A DNA stretch of 64,000 nt from NCBI GenBank assembly GCA_019038695.1, contig JAHOYZ010000026.1, forward strand, positions 57,626 to 121,625, written 5' to 3'. The stretch comes from Candidatus Zixiibacteriota bacterium. Its GTDB lineage: Bacteria > Zixibacteria > MSB-5A5 > GN15 > FEB-12. The notes below the pieces were generated by a model that had not been told where the DNA came from, did not search any database, and saw only the letters and a program-made list of their open reading frames with translations. Shown in pieces: positions 30,017 through 38,004 of this stretch. Made by a program: the position numbers and the translations under genes. Each line of letters begins with the position of its first letter. Positions within the stretch are counted from its first letter, which is position 1.

Positions 30017-31459
30017 TCAGGGTCGCTGGAGGAGTTGTTTGGAGAACGTCACGGAATTGAGTACAGAGTCTGACATGAAATAGTGTTCGAGGTGAAACGG
30101 TACAAAAAACAGCGAGATTCTGGTCACCGCCGCCTGGATATCGGGAATATCCAGACTGGCCGAGACACCGAGCCTGGCCCGAGCACACACAACCTGGGCC
30201 GTAATCAGAGCTTCTGTCGGGCCAATTCCCACTGACTGCATACAACGCTTGAAACCACTCAGGGAGGTCAGATCAAGACGAGGAGCAACGGCAGTCATGG
30301 TGCAAGCCAGCTTGTATATTTCCTCGAAATTGCTGGTTCTGAAGGCCGGAATTACCAGACAGTTCAAGTCGGGTGAGCCACCAAGTATTGAGCCAACGGT
30401 CCATCCCTTCCGATGCGAAAATTGCATAGACCAAAATGGCACCAACATATCCCCTTCTGCGCCAGTCTCAGTGGTTACCTGAAGTTGATTGCGAAACACG
30501 GGGTGCTCCTCAATGATGGTCAACTCATCACAATTGTGACATATGTAGACATGTGATTGCTCGCCGGGCAAATCCACGCCGCAGTGAGCGCAGCGGTGAT
30601 GTTCAATCTCCAATTGCCCGAACTTCATCAGCACTTCCGCCGGTTGATCCGATGTGACAATCTCCTCCGGTTCCTCCAGACAGTATTGCACCCGCCCGGA
30701 AACACCATCGACAATCCACCGGCGGTAATCTCTGCCGGCCAGAGATTCAGCCAGAAAAAACGGAAAGTACACAATTGACCCGGTAGGACGATATAACTCG
30801 GTCCGATTGCGACCAAACTCAGCCGTCGTAATCATCCCCACCCCTTGAGCCGATTTCTGAACCCGCCCCTCCGCTTCGTCCCAAGGCACTGTAACCGGAA
30901 GAACGTCGTATCTCTCGTCAAGGTTTCCCTCAGCAAAGAGCGTCACTTTCAAATAATCGGTACGTACGCCGAGAGTCGGCGGAATACCTGTTAATACCCC
31001 GGTTGCCGCTATGGTGATGGCGAAAGGAGACAAAGTGACATCGGTATGTTTTTCTTTGATCGGCGATGAATGATGTACGGGGGGAGCAAATGAATCGTGG
31101 CGTACGTTTGCATCACCTCTATCGACTTTCGAGGTGATCCGGTTGCGCGTCTTAAGAGCAATAGCCTCAACCCGCCAGTACGGATAATAGACTCGTTTAT
31201 ACGCAATATCCGAACCAGTCAACGGCTGGTCGTTTTCTTTCAGGTAACGATCAATCGAGAATCGAACCTCGCGTTGGTTTACTTTCGGCGGAACCACGTA
31301 GGCCGACGGAATCTCCGGTCTGATTACGCGCAGAACTGATCCACAGAAATCACAGGTGAGCACAAAGAAGCTATTGTCAAGTTCCAGCTTCCCACCACAC
31401 CCGGGGCAACCCACAGATATGAAAAAACCGCTTCTATTCTTTTGCGCTGTCGGACTCAT
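30017..31459 (-). CDS. Zinc-ribbon domain protein of unknown function (partner of the upstream SPFH protein)
   Basis: N-terminal CPGCGGKLELDNSFFVLTCDFCG ribbon and an internal CAHCGVDL...CHNCDEL ribbon. Otherwise soluble with mixed alpha/beta. Its start overlaps the SPFH gene by 26 nt. Confidence 0.45.
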   Translation of the reverse strand: MSPTAQKNRSGFFISVGCPGCGGKLELDNSFFVLTCDFCGSVLRVIRPEIPSAYVVPPKVNQREVRFSIDRYLKENDQPLTGSDIAYKRVYYPYWRVEAIALKTRNRITSKVDRGDANVRHDSFAPPVHHSSPIKEKHTDVTLSPFAITIAATGVLTGIPPTLGVRTDYLKVTLFAEGNLDERYDVLPVTVPWDEAEGRVQKSAQGVGMITTAEFGRNRTELYRPTGSIVYFPFFLAESLAGRDYRRWIVDGVSGRVQYCLEEPEEIVTSDQPAEVLMKFGQLEIEHHRCAHCGVDLPGEQSHVYICHNCDELTIIEEHPVFRNQLQVTTETGAEGDMLVPFWSMQFSHRKGWTVGSILGGSPDLNCLVIPAFRTSNFEEIYKLACTMTAVAPRLDLTSLSGFKRCMQSVGIGPTEALITAQVVCARARLGVSASLDIPDIQAAVTRISLFFVPFHLEHYFMSDSVLNSVTFSKQLLQRP

Positions 31460-32567
31460 TTATCTGCTTGCCACATTCGCCACAGAATTTCGACCCGGCG
31501 ATCAGTTCAGCGTTACAGTGAGGGCAACTCGGTCGGGCATCCAGCCGGGTGCCACAACTGAAACAGAAGCTTGCCTCGGTTGGCAGCTGCGTACCACAGG
31601 TTGGGCAAGCACTCTGGGCTATCATCTGATGACCGCATCGATAGCAGTACCGGGATTGCTCCGGGGTATCGGTGTGACACTTGGGACACGGTACAGTTTC
31701 TACCGGATCTCGTTTCAGTTCACGCTGGTCAGGTGCGAAAACCTTCTGAATCAGGTTGGGAGCGGCCACTCCCACACCGGCCATCATACCCATCCCGGCC
31801 CCGGCGGCCCCACCGGCACTGGAACTACTCAACCCTTTAGCCATACCAAATTTAACAAATTTGTCCAGATCCCCAATCGCCTCCATGCCGGAGCGTTGGT
31901 CAATCATCTGAGCCACTTCCTCAGGCGGCGTGATTGAGGAAATGTAGAAATCAACTAAACTCAGTCCGTATTTTTCAAACTCCGAGCTGACTATCGTTTT
32001 GAATTCTTCCGCTAACTCAGTATACACAGCCGGCAGATTAAGAATTGTGTCGAGCTTCTCACCCAGCAGATCATTCATACGAGCAATAATGACATCGCGT
32101 AGATAATCCTGGATATCATCTGTTTCATACCGAGCCTGTCGGCCAACAATAGAATTGAGGAAAAGGCTGGGATTCTCAATACGAATAGTATAGGCTCCGT
32201 GCCCACGTAGCCTAATCAGGCCAAACTTACTGTCACTAAACGTCACCGGATGGCGGGTGCCCCATTTCAGATCAGTGAAAACCTTCTGGTTGATAAAATA
32301 CGCTTCCGCGCGAAACGGGGAATCAAATCCGAATGGAAATGCCAGCAGACGGGTGAGGATAGGGACATTCAGAGTCGAAAGTGTGTGCCGCCCGGTAGAG
32401 AACTGGTCAGCTGCATGGCCGTCCTTGAAAAATATCGCCATCTGGCTGTCCCGAACGATCAGTTGCGCCCCGAGCTTAAAGTCGGCGGAACCTTCTTCGG
32501 GGATTCGGTGAATCATCTCCTTGCCGGAGGGGTCAACCCACTCAATGATTTCCAACATTATGGACAT
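31434..32567 (-). CDS. SPFH/band-7 (stomatin/flotillin-like) domain protein with a C-terminal multi-zinc-ribbon tail (COG4260-like)
   Basis: The N-terminal about 260 aa match the SPFH-with-Zn-ribbon family (IIEWVDPSGKEMIHRIPEEGSADFKLGAQLIVRDSQMAIFFKDG...). The C-terminal tail carries CPKCHTD..CYRCGHQ, CPTCGTQ..CFSCGTR and CPHCNAE..CGECGKQ ribbons. Confidence 0.65.
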   Translation of the reverse strand: MSIMLEIIEWVDPSGKEMIHRIPEEGSADFKLGAQLIVRDSQMAIFFKDGHAADQFSTGRHTLSTLNVPILTRLLAFPFGFDSPFRAEAYFINQKVFTDLKWGTRHPVTFSDSKFGLIRLRGHGAYTIRIENPSLFLNSIVGRQARYETDDIQDYLRDVIIARMNDLLGEKLDTILNLPAVYTELAEEFKTIVSSEFEKYGLSLVDFYISSITPPEEVAQMIDQRSGMEAIGDLDKFVKFGMAKGLSSSSAGGAAGAGMGMMAGVGVAAPNLIQKVFAPDQRELKRDPVETVPCPKCHTDTPEQSRYCYRCGHQMIAQSACPTCGTQLPTEASFCFSCGTRLDARPSCPHCNAELIAGSKFCGECGKQINESDSAKE

Positions 32568-32728
32568 ATTTACTCCTTAGCCTGATTTGTCTTCTTCTTG
32601 GGTAGATCGGTCGAAGTCCGAACATTCTTGATGGTCACAGCGGGAGCTTACCGGGCTATTGGTTGTATAACCTAAGATGAAGACATGTTCACACCCCACG
32701 CCGCCAATTAAACAATTGACACCTAAAT

Positions 32729-34216
32729 ATGGTCGGCGTATATACAGATCATAAACTCAACGGAATGGAATGTCTTGAAATGAATAGAATTAAAGGTCTG
32801 GCCCTTACAGTTGGAATGGCGGCGACTCTTGTGTATCTGGTACCCGGTTGTGATGACCTGATAACAGAAACGAATAATTACATAATTGCCGGACACCCGG
32901 AAGCAGAGTTCAGCGCCAATAAGGATGGAGGCTGTGTTCCTTGCACAGTGCAATTCTCCGACAACTCGCAGGGACCGTATCAGCGTGGCACCTTTAACTT
33001 CGGTGACGACACTCCCGACAGTGAAAGCACTTTTGATCCCGATTCGACCGGTACATTCACTCATATATATGAGGAAGGTGGCACCTACACTGTTTCCCTT
33101 ACGGTGTTTGATGAGACCTTACCGGACACTGGTCAGGACACCGAGACCAAGAGCCGTTTCTTGATCATCGGCCCCCTTTCAGCCGCATTCGACACTGATA
33201 CGACTATGGGGTGTCGCGGGCTTGAGGTCACTTTCACCAACATCTCCCAGGCGGGCATTACCAAATGGGTGTGGAGTTTTGGAGACGGCGCTGGGATCAC
33301 TTACAATGATTCCACTCCCGATACAATCACTCATACCTATACTATGATTGACACCCTCCAAGTTACTTTAACGGTGACCGGAGAGTGTGGAACAACGACC
33401 GGCATCGATACCATCACCATTATTGATTGCCTCACCCCTGTGTGTAGTTTGAGTGTTCATGAAGGATGCATACCTCTCTCCGTCGATTTCTGGGACATGA
33501 CCGATCCTACAGTGGCGTTTAGATCGTGGGATTTTGGCAATGGCGAGACTTCGATCCTGATGGACAACACCATCGAATACGACAGTGCCGGAATATACGT
33601 AATAGCACTTGGAATATCTGATAATGAGAATGGACCATTCGGTTATGTCTACGATACCGTAATTGTGCACGATACCGTAACAGCACTGTTCACAGTTATC
33701 GGAGATTCTACGTCATGTCACCTACCCGGTCGTCAGTTTCAGGTCCGTTTCCTGGATCAATCCCTCGGGCAAATTTCCCATCTGGTTTGGGACTTTGGCG
33801 ATGGCGACACCCTTCACGATGACACCAATCCGATCCACGCTTACACCGAACCTGGCGTATACGATGTCAGCCTGATTGTTGAGGGGATGTGTGATTCGAC
33901 CCTTATAAGCGACACATCGATCATACCAAATCTGGTCGTGCTTTTCGACTCATTAACTGAAGCCAATACTGCTCTCGGGTTTGTCCCAAGCACGGGTGAT
34001 ACGTCCACGGTATTTACTTTCGCGGTCGATACTACTCGCGCGGTGATTGAGACCTGGACCTGGACAGTGGACACGTTGACGATTGAAAATGCCTGGTCAG
34101 TGATTTATTCCTTCCCTGATACGGGATGGCACGCAGTATCGGTGACTGTTACCAACGGATGCGGTTCTTTCACAATAGACAGTAGCATCTACATAGACAC
34201 AATGGCCACCCCGTAG
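32729..34216 (+). CDS. PKD-repeat lipoprotein. The real start is probably MNRIKGL near 32780.
   Basis: Lipobox LVPGC after a signal helix. At least four PKD-like repeats, each with W-x-FGDG/FGNG cores (WSFGDGAG, WDFGNGETS, WDFGDGDT, plus a GTFNFGDDT variant). Confidence 0.65.
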   Translation: MVGVYTDHKLNGMECLEMNRIKGLALTVGMAATLVYLVPGCDDLITETNNYIIAGHPEAEFSANKDGGCVPCTVQFSDNSQGPYQRGTFNFGDDTPDSESTFDPDSTGTFTHIYEEGGTYTVSLTVFDETLPDTGQDTETKSRFLIIGPLSAAFDTDTTMGCRGLEVTFTNISQAGITKWVWSFGDGAGITYNDSTPDTITHTYTMIDTLQVTLTVTGECGTTTGIDTITIIDCLTPVCSLSVHEGCIPLSVDFWDMTDPTVAFRSWDFGNGETSILMDNTIEYDSAGIYVIALGISDNENGPFGYVYDTVIVHDTVTALFTVIGDSTSCHLPGRQFQVRFLDQSLGQISHLVWDFGDGDTLHDDTNPIHAYTEPGVYDVSLIVEGMCDSTLISDTSIIPNLVVLFDSLTEANTALGFVPSTGDTSTVFTFAVDTTRAVIETWTWTVDTLTIENAWSVIYSFPDTGWHAVSVTVTNGCGSFTIDSSIYIDTMATP

Positions 34217-34239
34217 CAACGCGCTGACTCATCAAGCAT

Positions 34240-34285
34240 AAGACCCGCTTGGTTAAAACCGAGCGGGTCTTTTCTTATTCTCTAT
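34240..34285 (+). terminator. Rho-independent terminator after the PKD lipoprotein gene
   Basis: AGACCCGCT-tggttaaaacc-GAGCGGGTCT, then TTTTCTTATTCTCTATTTAT. Confidence 0.6.
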
Positions 34286-34295
34286 TTATGTCGAG

Positions 34296-35282
34296 TTACC
34301 CCAGTTCCGTCTTGAACTTGGCGGTGAGGGCTGGTACTACCTCCAGAGCATCACCGATGATTCCGTAGTTGGCGAGATTGAAGATAGGGGCGTCCTTGTC
34401 CTTATTAATGGCCACAATAGTGCCTGAGGTTCTCATGCCCACGATGTGCTGAATCGCACCTGAAATGCCAATGGCGAAGTACAACTTCGGATTGACTGTC
34501 TTCCCCGTTTGTCCGACCTGGTTGGCATATTCCGTCCAGCCAGCATCGACAATAGCCCGCGAAGCACCCAGAGCACCATTGGTGGCAACCGCCAGGTCTT
34601 TGATTAGCTGAAGATTCTCGGCGGCCTTCATCCCGCGACCGGCAGCAACGATAACATCCGCCTCGGCCAGATTGACCGATCCTGACGATTCAACTTTGAC
34701 TTCTCTGATTGCCGTACCTGTACCAGCACCAGCGGCGGCCACAGTCTCAGCAACAGCTTCACCGTCACCATCTTTGGATTCGGGGAATATCTTGGGACGG
34801 ATCGTAACGAAAAACGGCCTGTCGCTATTCTTGATGACCTCAGACACAACCGCACCGCCATAGCTGGGACGTGTAACGGTGATAACACCACCATCTTGAG
34901 TCAGGCCGGTAGCGTCACTGGTCATCGGACCGTTGTTTCGGGCGGCCAGTCTTGCAAAAAGAGCCTTACCATAGAAAGTACCCGGTCCCAGGACCAGCTC
35001 AGGGGAGTACTTCTCAATCAGCTCTGTGACAACATTTGTGTAGACTTCGTCATTGAAGTCTTTCAGGCCGGGATCAGAGACAGCCAGCACTTTGCCTCCC
35101 CCCCGTGCGGCGAGTTCGGCCGCCATAGCATCGGCGCTATCGGCTAAAATCACTGTGTATATTTCATTTCCCAAGCCTTTAGCGGCCTCTATTAGTTCGA
35201 ATGTTGCGGAGGCGAGTTTACCATCCTTATGCAAGGCAACGATCAATGTCTTCATTACTAATTCCTTAAATTTGCAGTCCAA
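34296..35282 (-). CDS. etfA: Electron transfer flavoprotein alpha subunit. Start probably at the internal MKTLIVAL.
   Basis: EtfA domain I (LIVALHKDGKLASATFELIEAAKGLG) and the FAD-binding C-terminal domain (PKLYFAIGISGAIQHIVGMRTSGTIVAINKDKDAPIF). Confidence 0.85.
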   Translation of the reverse strand: MDCKFKELVMKTLIVALHKDGKLASATFELIEAAKGLGNEIYTVILADSADAMAAELAARGGGKVLAVSDPGLKDFNDEVYTNVVTELIEKYSPELVLGPGTFYGKALFARLAARNNGPMTSDATGLTQDGGVITVTRPSYGGAVVSEVIKNSDRPFFVTIRPKIFPESKDGDGEAVAETVAAAGAGTGTAIREVKVESSGSVNLAEADVIVAAGRGMKAAENLQLIKDLAVATNGALGASRAIVDAGWTEYANQVGQTGKTVNPKLYFAIGISGAIQHIVGMRTSGTIVAINKDKDAPIFNLANYGIIGDALEVVPALTAKFKTELG

Positions 35283-35409
35283 CTAATTGGCCAATATACC
35301 CGGCCCCTCAACCCGGCGCAACGATTTTTGGCTGGGACAGTCTTGCGCAAACACATGTGTCGCAAAGGATGATCATCCGCCCCTGCAAATCACGCTCTGG
35401 TTCCTAATC

Positions 35410-36477
35410 TTAGAGCAATGGAGAGTCGCCAGCGTCTCGCGGCTTTGCTTCCGCAAGCCACTGCAAGTATTCGTCGAAAATACAATTGATGTCTTCAAGC
35501 GTTTCAACCTGGAACAGTCGCGGCCGAAGAGTGCTTGCTCCCGGAAGCCCCTTCACATACCAGCCCAGTTGTTTGCGCATCCTCACAGGACCATTCCGGG
35601 GGCCATATTCCGACACGGCCAATTCGGTATGCAGACGAGCCACCGCTAACCTATCCTCGATCAACATTGGGGCTACTATCTGACCGGTTTCGAGGAAAAC
35701 GTTCATATCTTGGAAGATTGTTGGATTCCCCAAAGCCGCTCGACCAATCATCACGGCATCACAACCAGTCTCATCGAGCATCCGGCGAGCATCCGGCGGA
35801 GTCCGTACATCACCATTACCGATGACGGGGATATGAACTTCCTGCTTGAGATCACGGATTGCATCCCAATTGGCGGTCCCCGAAAATCCCTCAGACCGGC
35901 TTCTGGCATGCAGAGTTATGGCGGCAATTCCCACGCGCTCAGCGATTTGCCCTACTTCAAGAAACACCGGGGTCTGTTCATCCCAACCTGTACGAATCTT
36001 GATGCTGACCGGAATTTTTCCAGCCCCCTCGACCGTAGCGTGCATGATTTCCTCGGTTAGTACAAGATCCTTCAAAACGGCGGCGCCACCATTTTTACGG
36101 ATAACCTTTTTCACCGGACAGCCAAGATTGATGTCAATCAGATCCGGGTGATTTCTTTGAGCGGTAATTTCGGCCGCCTTTCGCATACTCTCCGGATTGG
36201 CCCCGAACAACTGAATTCCAAGAGGTCGTTCATCGGACTCGAAGTCCATCATAGCCAGTGTCTTAGCCTGATGCCGGATTATACCTTCTGTAGAAATCAT
36301 TTCAGTAAAGGTCATAGCAGCCCCAAACTTCATAGCCAGCACCCTAAAGGGCCGATTGGAGATTCCTGCCAGAGGTGCACAGAGAACCTTATTTAGCAGG
36401 TTTAGATTTCCTATGTCCATACCGACATTATAATTAAGTCCCTGCGCGACAACAAGAGGTCCGCCCAACTTTAGCAT
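35410..36477 (-). CDS. dusB: tRNA-dihydrouridine synthase (Dus family)
   Basis: MLAPLAGISNRPFR-like N-terminus (LCAPLAGISNRPFRVLAMKFGAAMTFTEMIS), the catalytic Cys loop DINLGCPVKKV and a TIM-barrel FMN pattern. Confidence 0.8.
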   Translation of the reverse strand: MLKLGGPLVVAQGLNYNVGMDIGNLNLLNKVLCAPLAGISNRPFRVLAMKFGAAMTFTEMISTEGIIRHQAKTLAMMDFESDERPLGIQLFGANPESMRKAAEITAQRNHPDLIDINLGCPVKKVIRKNGGAAVLKDLVLTEEIMHATVEGAGKIPVSIKIRTGWDEQTPVFLEVGQIAERVGIAAITLHARSRSEGFSGTANWDAIRDLKQEVHIPVIGNGDVRTPPDARRMLDETGCDAVMIGRAALGNPTIFQDMNVFLETGQIVAPMLIEDRLAVARLHTELAVSEYGPRNGPVRMRKQLGWYVKGLPGASTLRPRLFQVETLEDINCIFDEYLQWLAEAKPRDAGDSPLL

Positions 36478-36567
36478 CGACCGGGCATGGATCGCCCTCG
36501 CGGACTTTGCAGCGCACAGACATAGTTCAGACTAAAATACAGTTAACGATACGGAAAGGATTCCCAG

Positions 36568-37263
36568 ATGGCTGAGATTGTTGTCAAGTACGAGAACAAA
36601 GTGATTGAGCGCATCGTTACCGAGAAACGGCGGCTATCCATTGGCCGCACCAACGATAATGATATCGTTCTAGAAAACCGCGGTGTCTCCCGCAAACATG
36701 CTATGATTGAGTTCAATGACGGTGCCGCTATATTGCTCGACAATGAGTCGCTCAACGGTACTTTTATCAACAGCCGCAAGATATCCGAAGAGGTGCTGCG
36801 CGACGCGGACGTCATAACTATTGGCAAGTATCAGTTAGTCTACCAGGCAGAGAGCACTGCCCCCGTCGATGATGCCGCTGGGTTTGATGGCACGATGGTT
36901 CTGAATACCAAGGCACATAAGAAGCTGATGGAAAACGACCGCAAGGAACGTGAGCTTGTCGATCGTTATGGCGGATCTCTGTTGCTCGGCGGTGAACAGA
37001 CCGATTTCTCGGAATACCGTCTTGACCGCGACGTGGTCACAATCGGCAAAGCCAAGTTTGTCCATGTACGCGCCAAAGGATTCTGGCTTTCAGGTATACA
37101 GGCCAAAATCGTCAGAGATGGAGACTGCTATTCCCTGGTGAACCTCGGACGTAAAGGCAAAACATGCATAAACGGTGAGCCGATTGATCGCCAGGAACTA
37201 AAAAATGACGATCTCATATCCGTTGGAAAGAGCACTTTTAAGTACGTCGAGGGCAAGAGATAG
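36568..37263 (+). CDS. Protein with two tandem FHA (forkhead-associated) domains
   Basis: FHA 1: RLSIGRTNDNDIVLENRGVSRKHAMIEF...NGTFINSRKI. FHA 2: VVTIGKAKFVHVRAKGFWLSGIQAKIVRDGDCYSLVNLGRKGKTCINGEPI. Confidence 0.75.
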   Translation: MAEIVVKYENKVIERIVTEKRRLSIGRTNDNDIVLENRGVSRKHAMIEFNDGAAILLDNESLNGTFINSRKISEEVLRDADVITIGKYQLVYQAESTAPVDDAAGFDGTMVLNTKAHKKLMENDRKERELVDRYGGSLLLGGEQTDFSEYRLDRDVVTIGKAKFVHVRAKGFWLSGIQAKIVRDGDCYSLVNLGRKGKTCINGEPIDRQELKNDDLISVGKSTFKYVEGKR

Positions 37264-37992
37264 ATGAAGATTGCTCTTGTTTCCGACATCCATGGTAATC
37301 TCGAAGCTCTCACGGCAGTCCTGCGGGAGATCGATCGACTTCAGGTTGATGATATCTACTGTCTGGGAGATGTCGTTGGCTACGGATGCGACCCGATTGC
37401 CTGCCTGGACCTGATCGATAAACGGGCATCGGTTAAACTCATGGGGAACCACGAATACGCGGTTCTGCGTCGACTGTCTACCGATACGTACAGTTCGGCG
37501 GCCAAGGTCTCGACCGAGTGGACGAGAGGGCAACTGACTGATCGCGAATTCACCATGATGGCCGACTACCGCATGACCCATGATTTCGAAGATGGAACGC
37601 TGGTTCATTCTTCCCCACTGGAACCGAACCGGTGGCAATATATCCTCGATGCAGATCAAGCTGGGCAGGTGTTTGAACACTTCAAGGGAAGTATATGCTT
37701 TCATGGACATTCACACTTACCGACGATATTCCGGGAAACGCCCGAGGGACTGCCACGTCAGCAGGCCGGTCACGACTTTGATCCAACTGATGACCAACGT
37801 TACCTGGTCAATATTGGCTCTGTGGGACAGCCTCGCGACAACGACCCCCGTGCCTGTTTTGTAACTTATGACCTGAGTCTGGGCGAGATACGATTCCATC
37901 GCACCGAATACGATATCGTCAAGACACAAGAGAAAATGACCCTTGCCAAACTGCCGGACATGCTCGTCCAAAGATTGGCCGTGGGACGATAG
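37264..37992 (+). CDS. Calcineurin-like metallophosphoesterase (MPP superfamily, YfcE/MJ0936-like)
   Basis: Metallophosphoesterase motifs SDIHGN (GDxHG), GDVVGYG and GNHE, plus downstream HGH and GSVGQPRD blocks. Its start codon overlaps the stop of the FHA gene at 37261-37264, and the kinase gene follows after a 12-nt gap. Confidence 0.7.
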   Translation: MKIALVSDIHGNLEALTAVLREIDRLQVDDIYCLGDVVGYGCDPIACLDLIDKRASVKLMGNHEYAVLRRLSTDTYSSAAKVSTEWTRGQLTDREFTMMADYRMTHDFEDGTLVHSSPLEPNRWQYILDADQAGQVFEHFKGSICFHGHSHLPTIFRETPEGLPRQQAGHDFDPTDDQRYLVNIGSVGQPRDNDPRACFVTYDLSLGEIRFHRTEYDIVKTQEKMTLAKLPDMLVQRLAVGR

Positions 37993-38004
37993 ACAGAGGA
38001 TTCC

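Noticed and set aside
29898-30245. 115-aa minus-strand ORF
   Set aside because: It overlaps the 3' end of the zinc-ribbon gene in another frame. The 30017..31459 frame has the conserved CxxC motifs, and this one has none.
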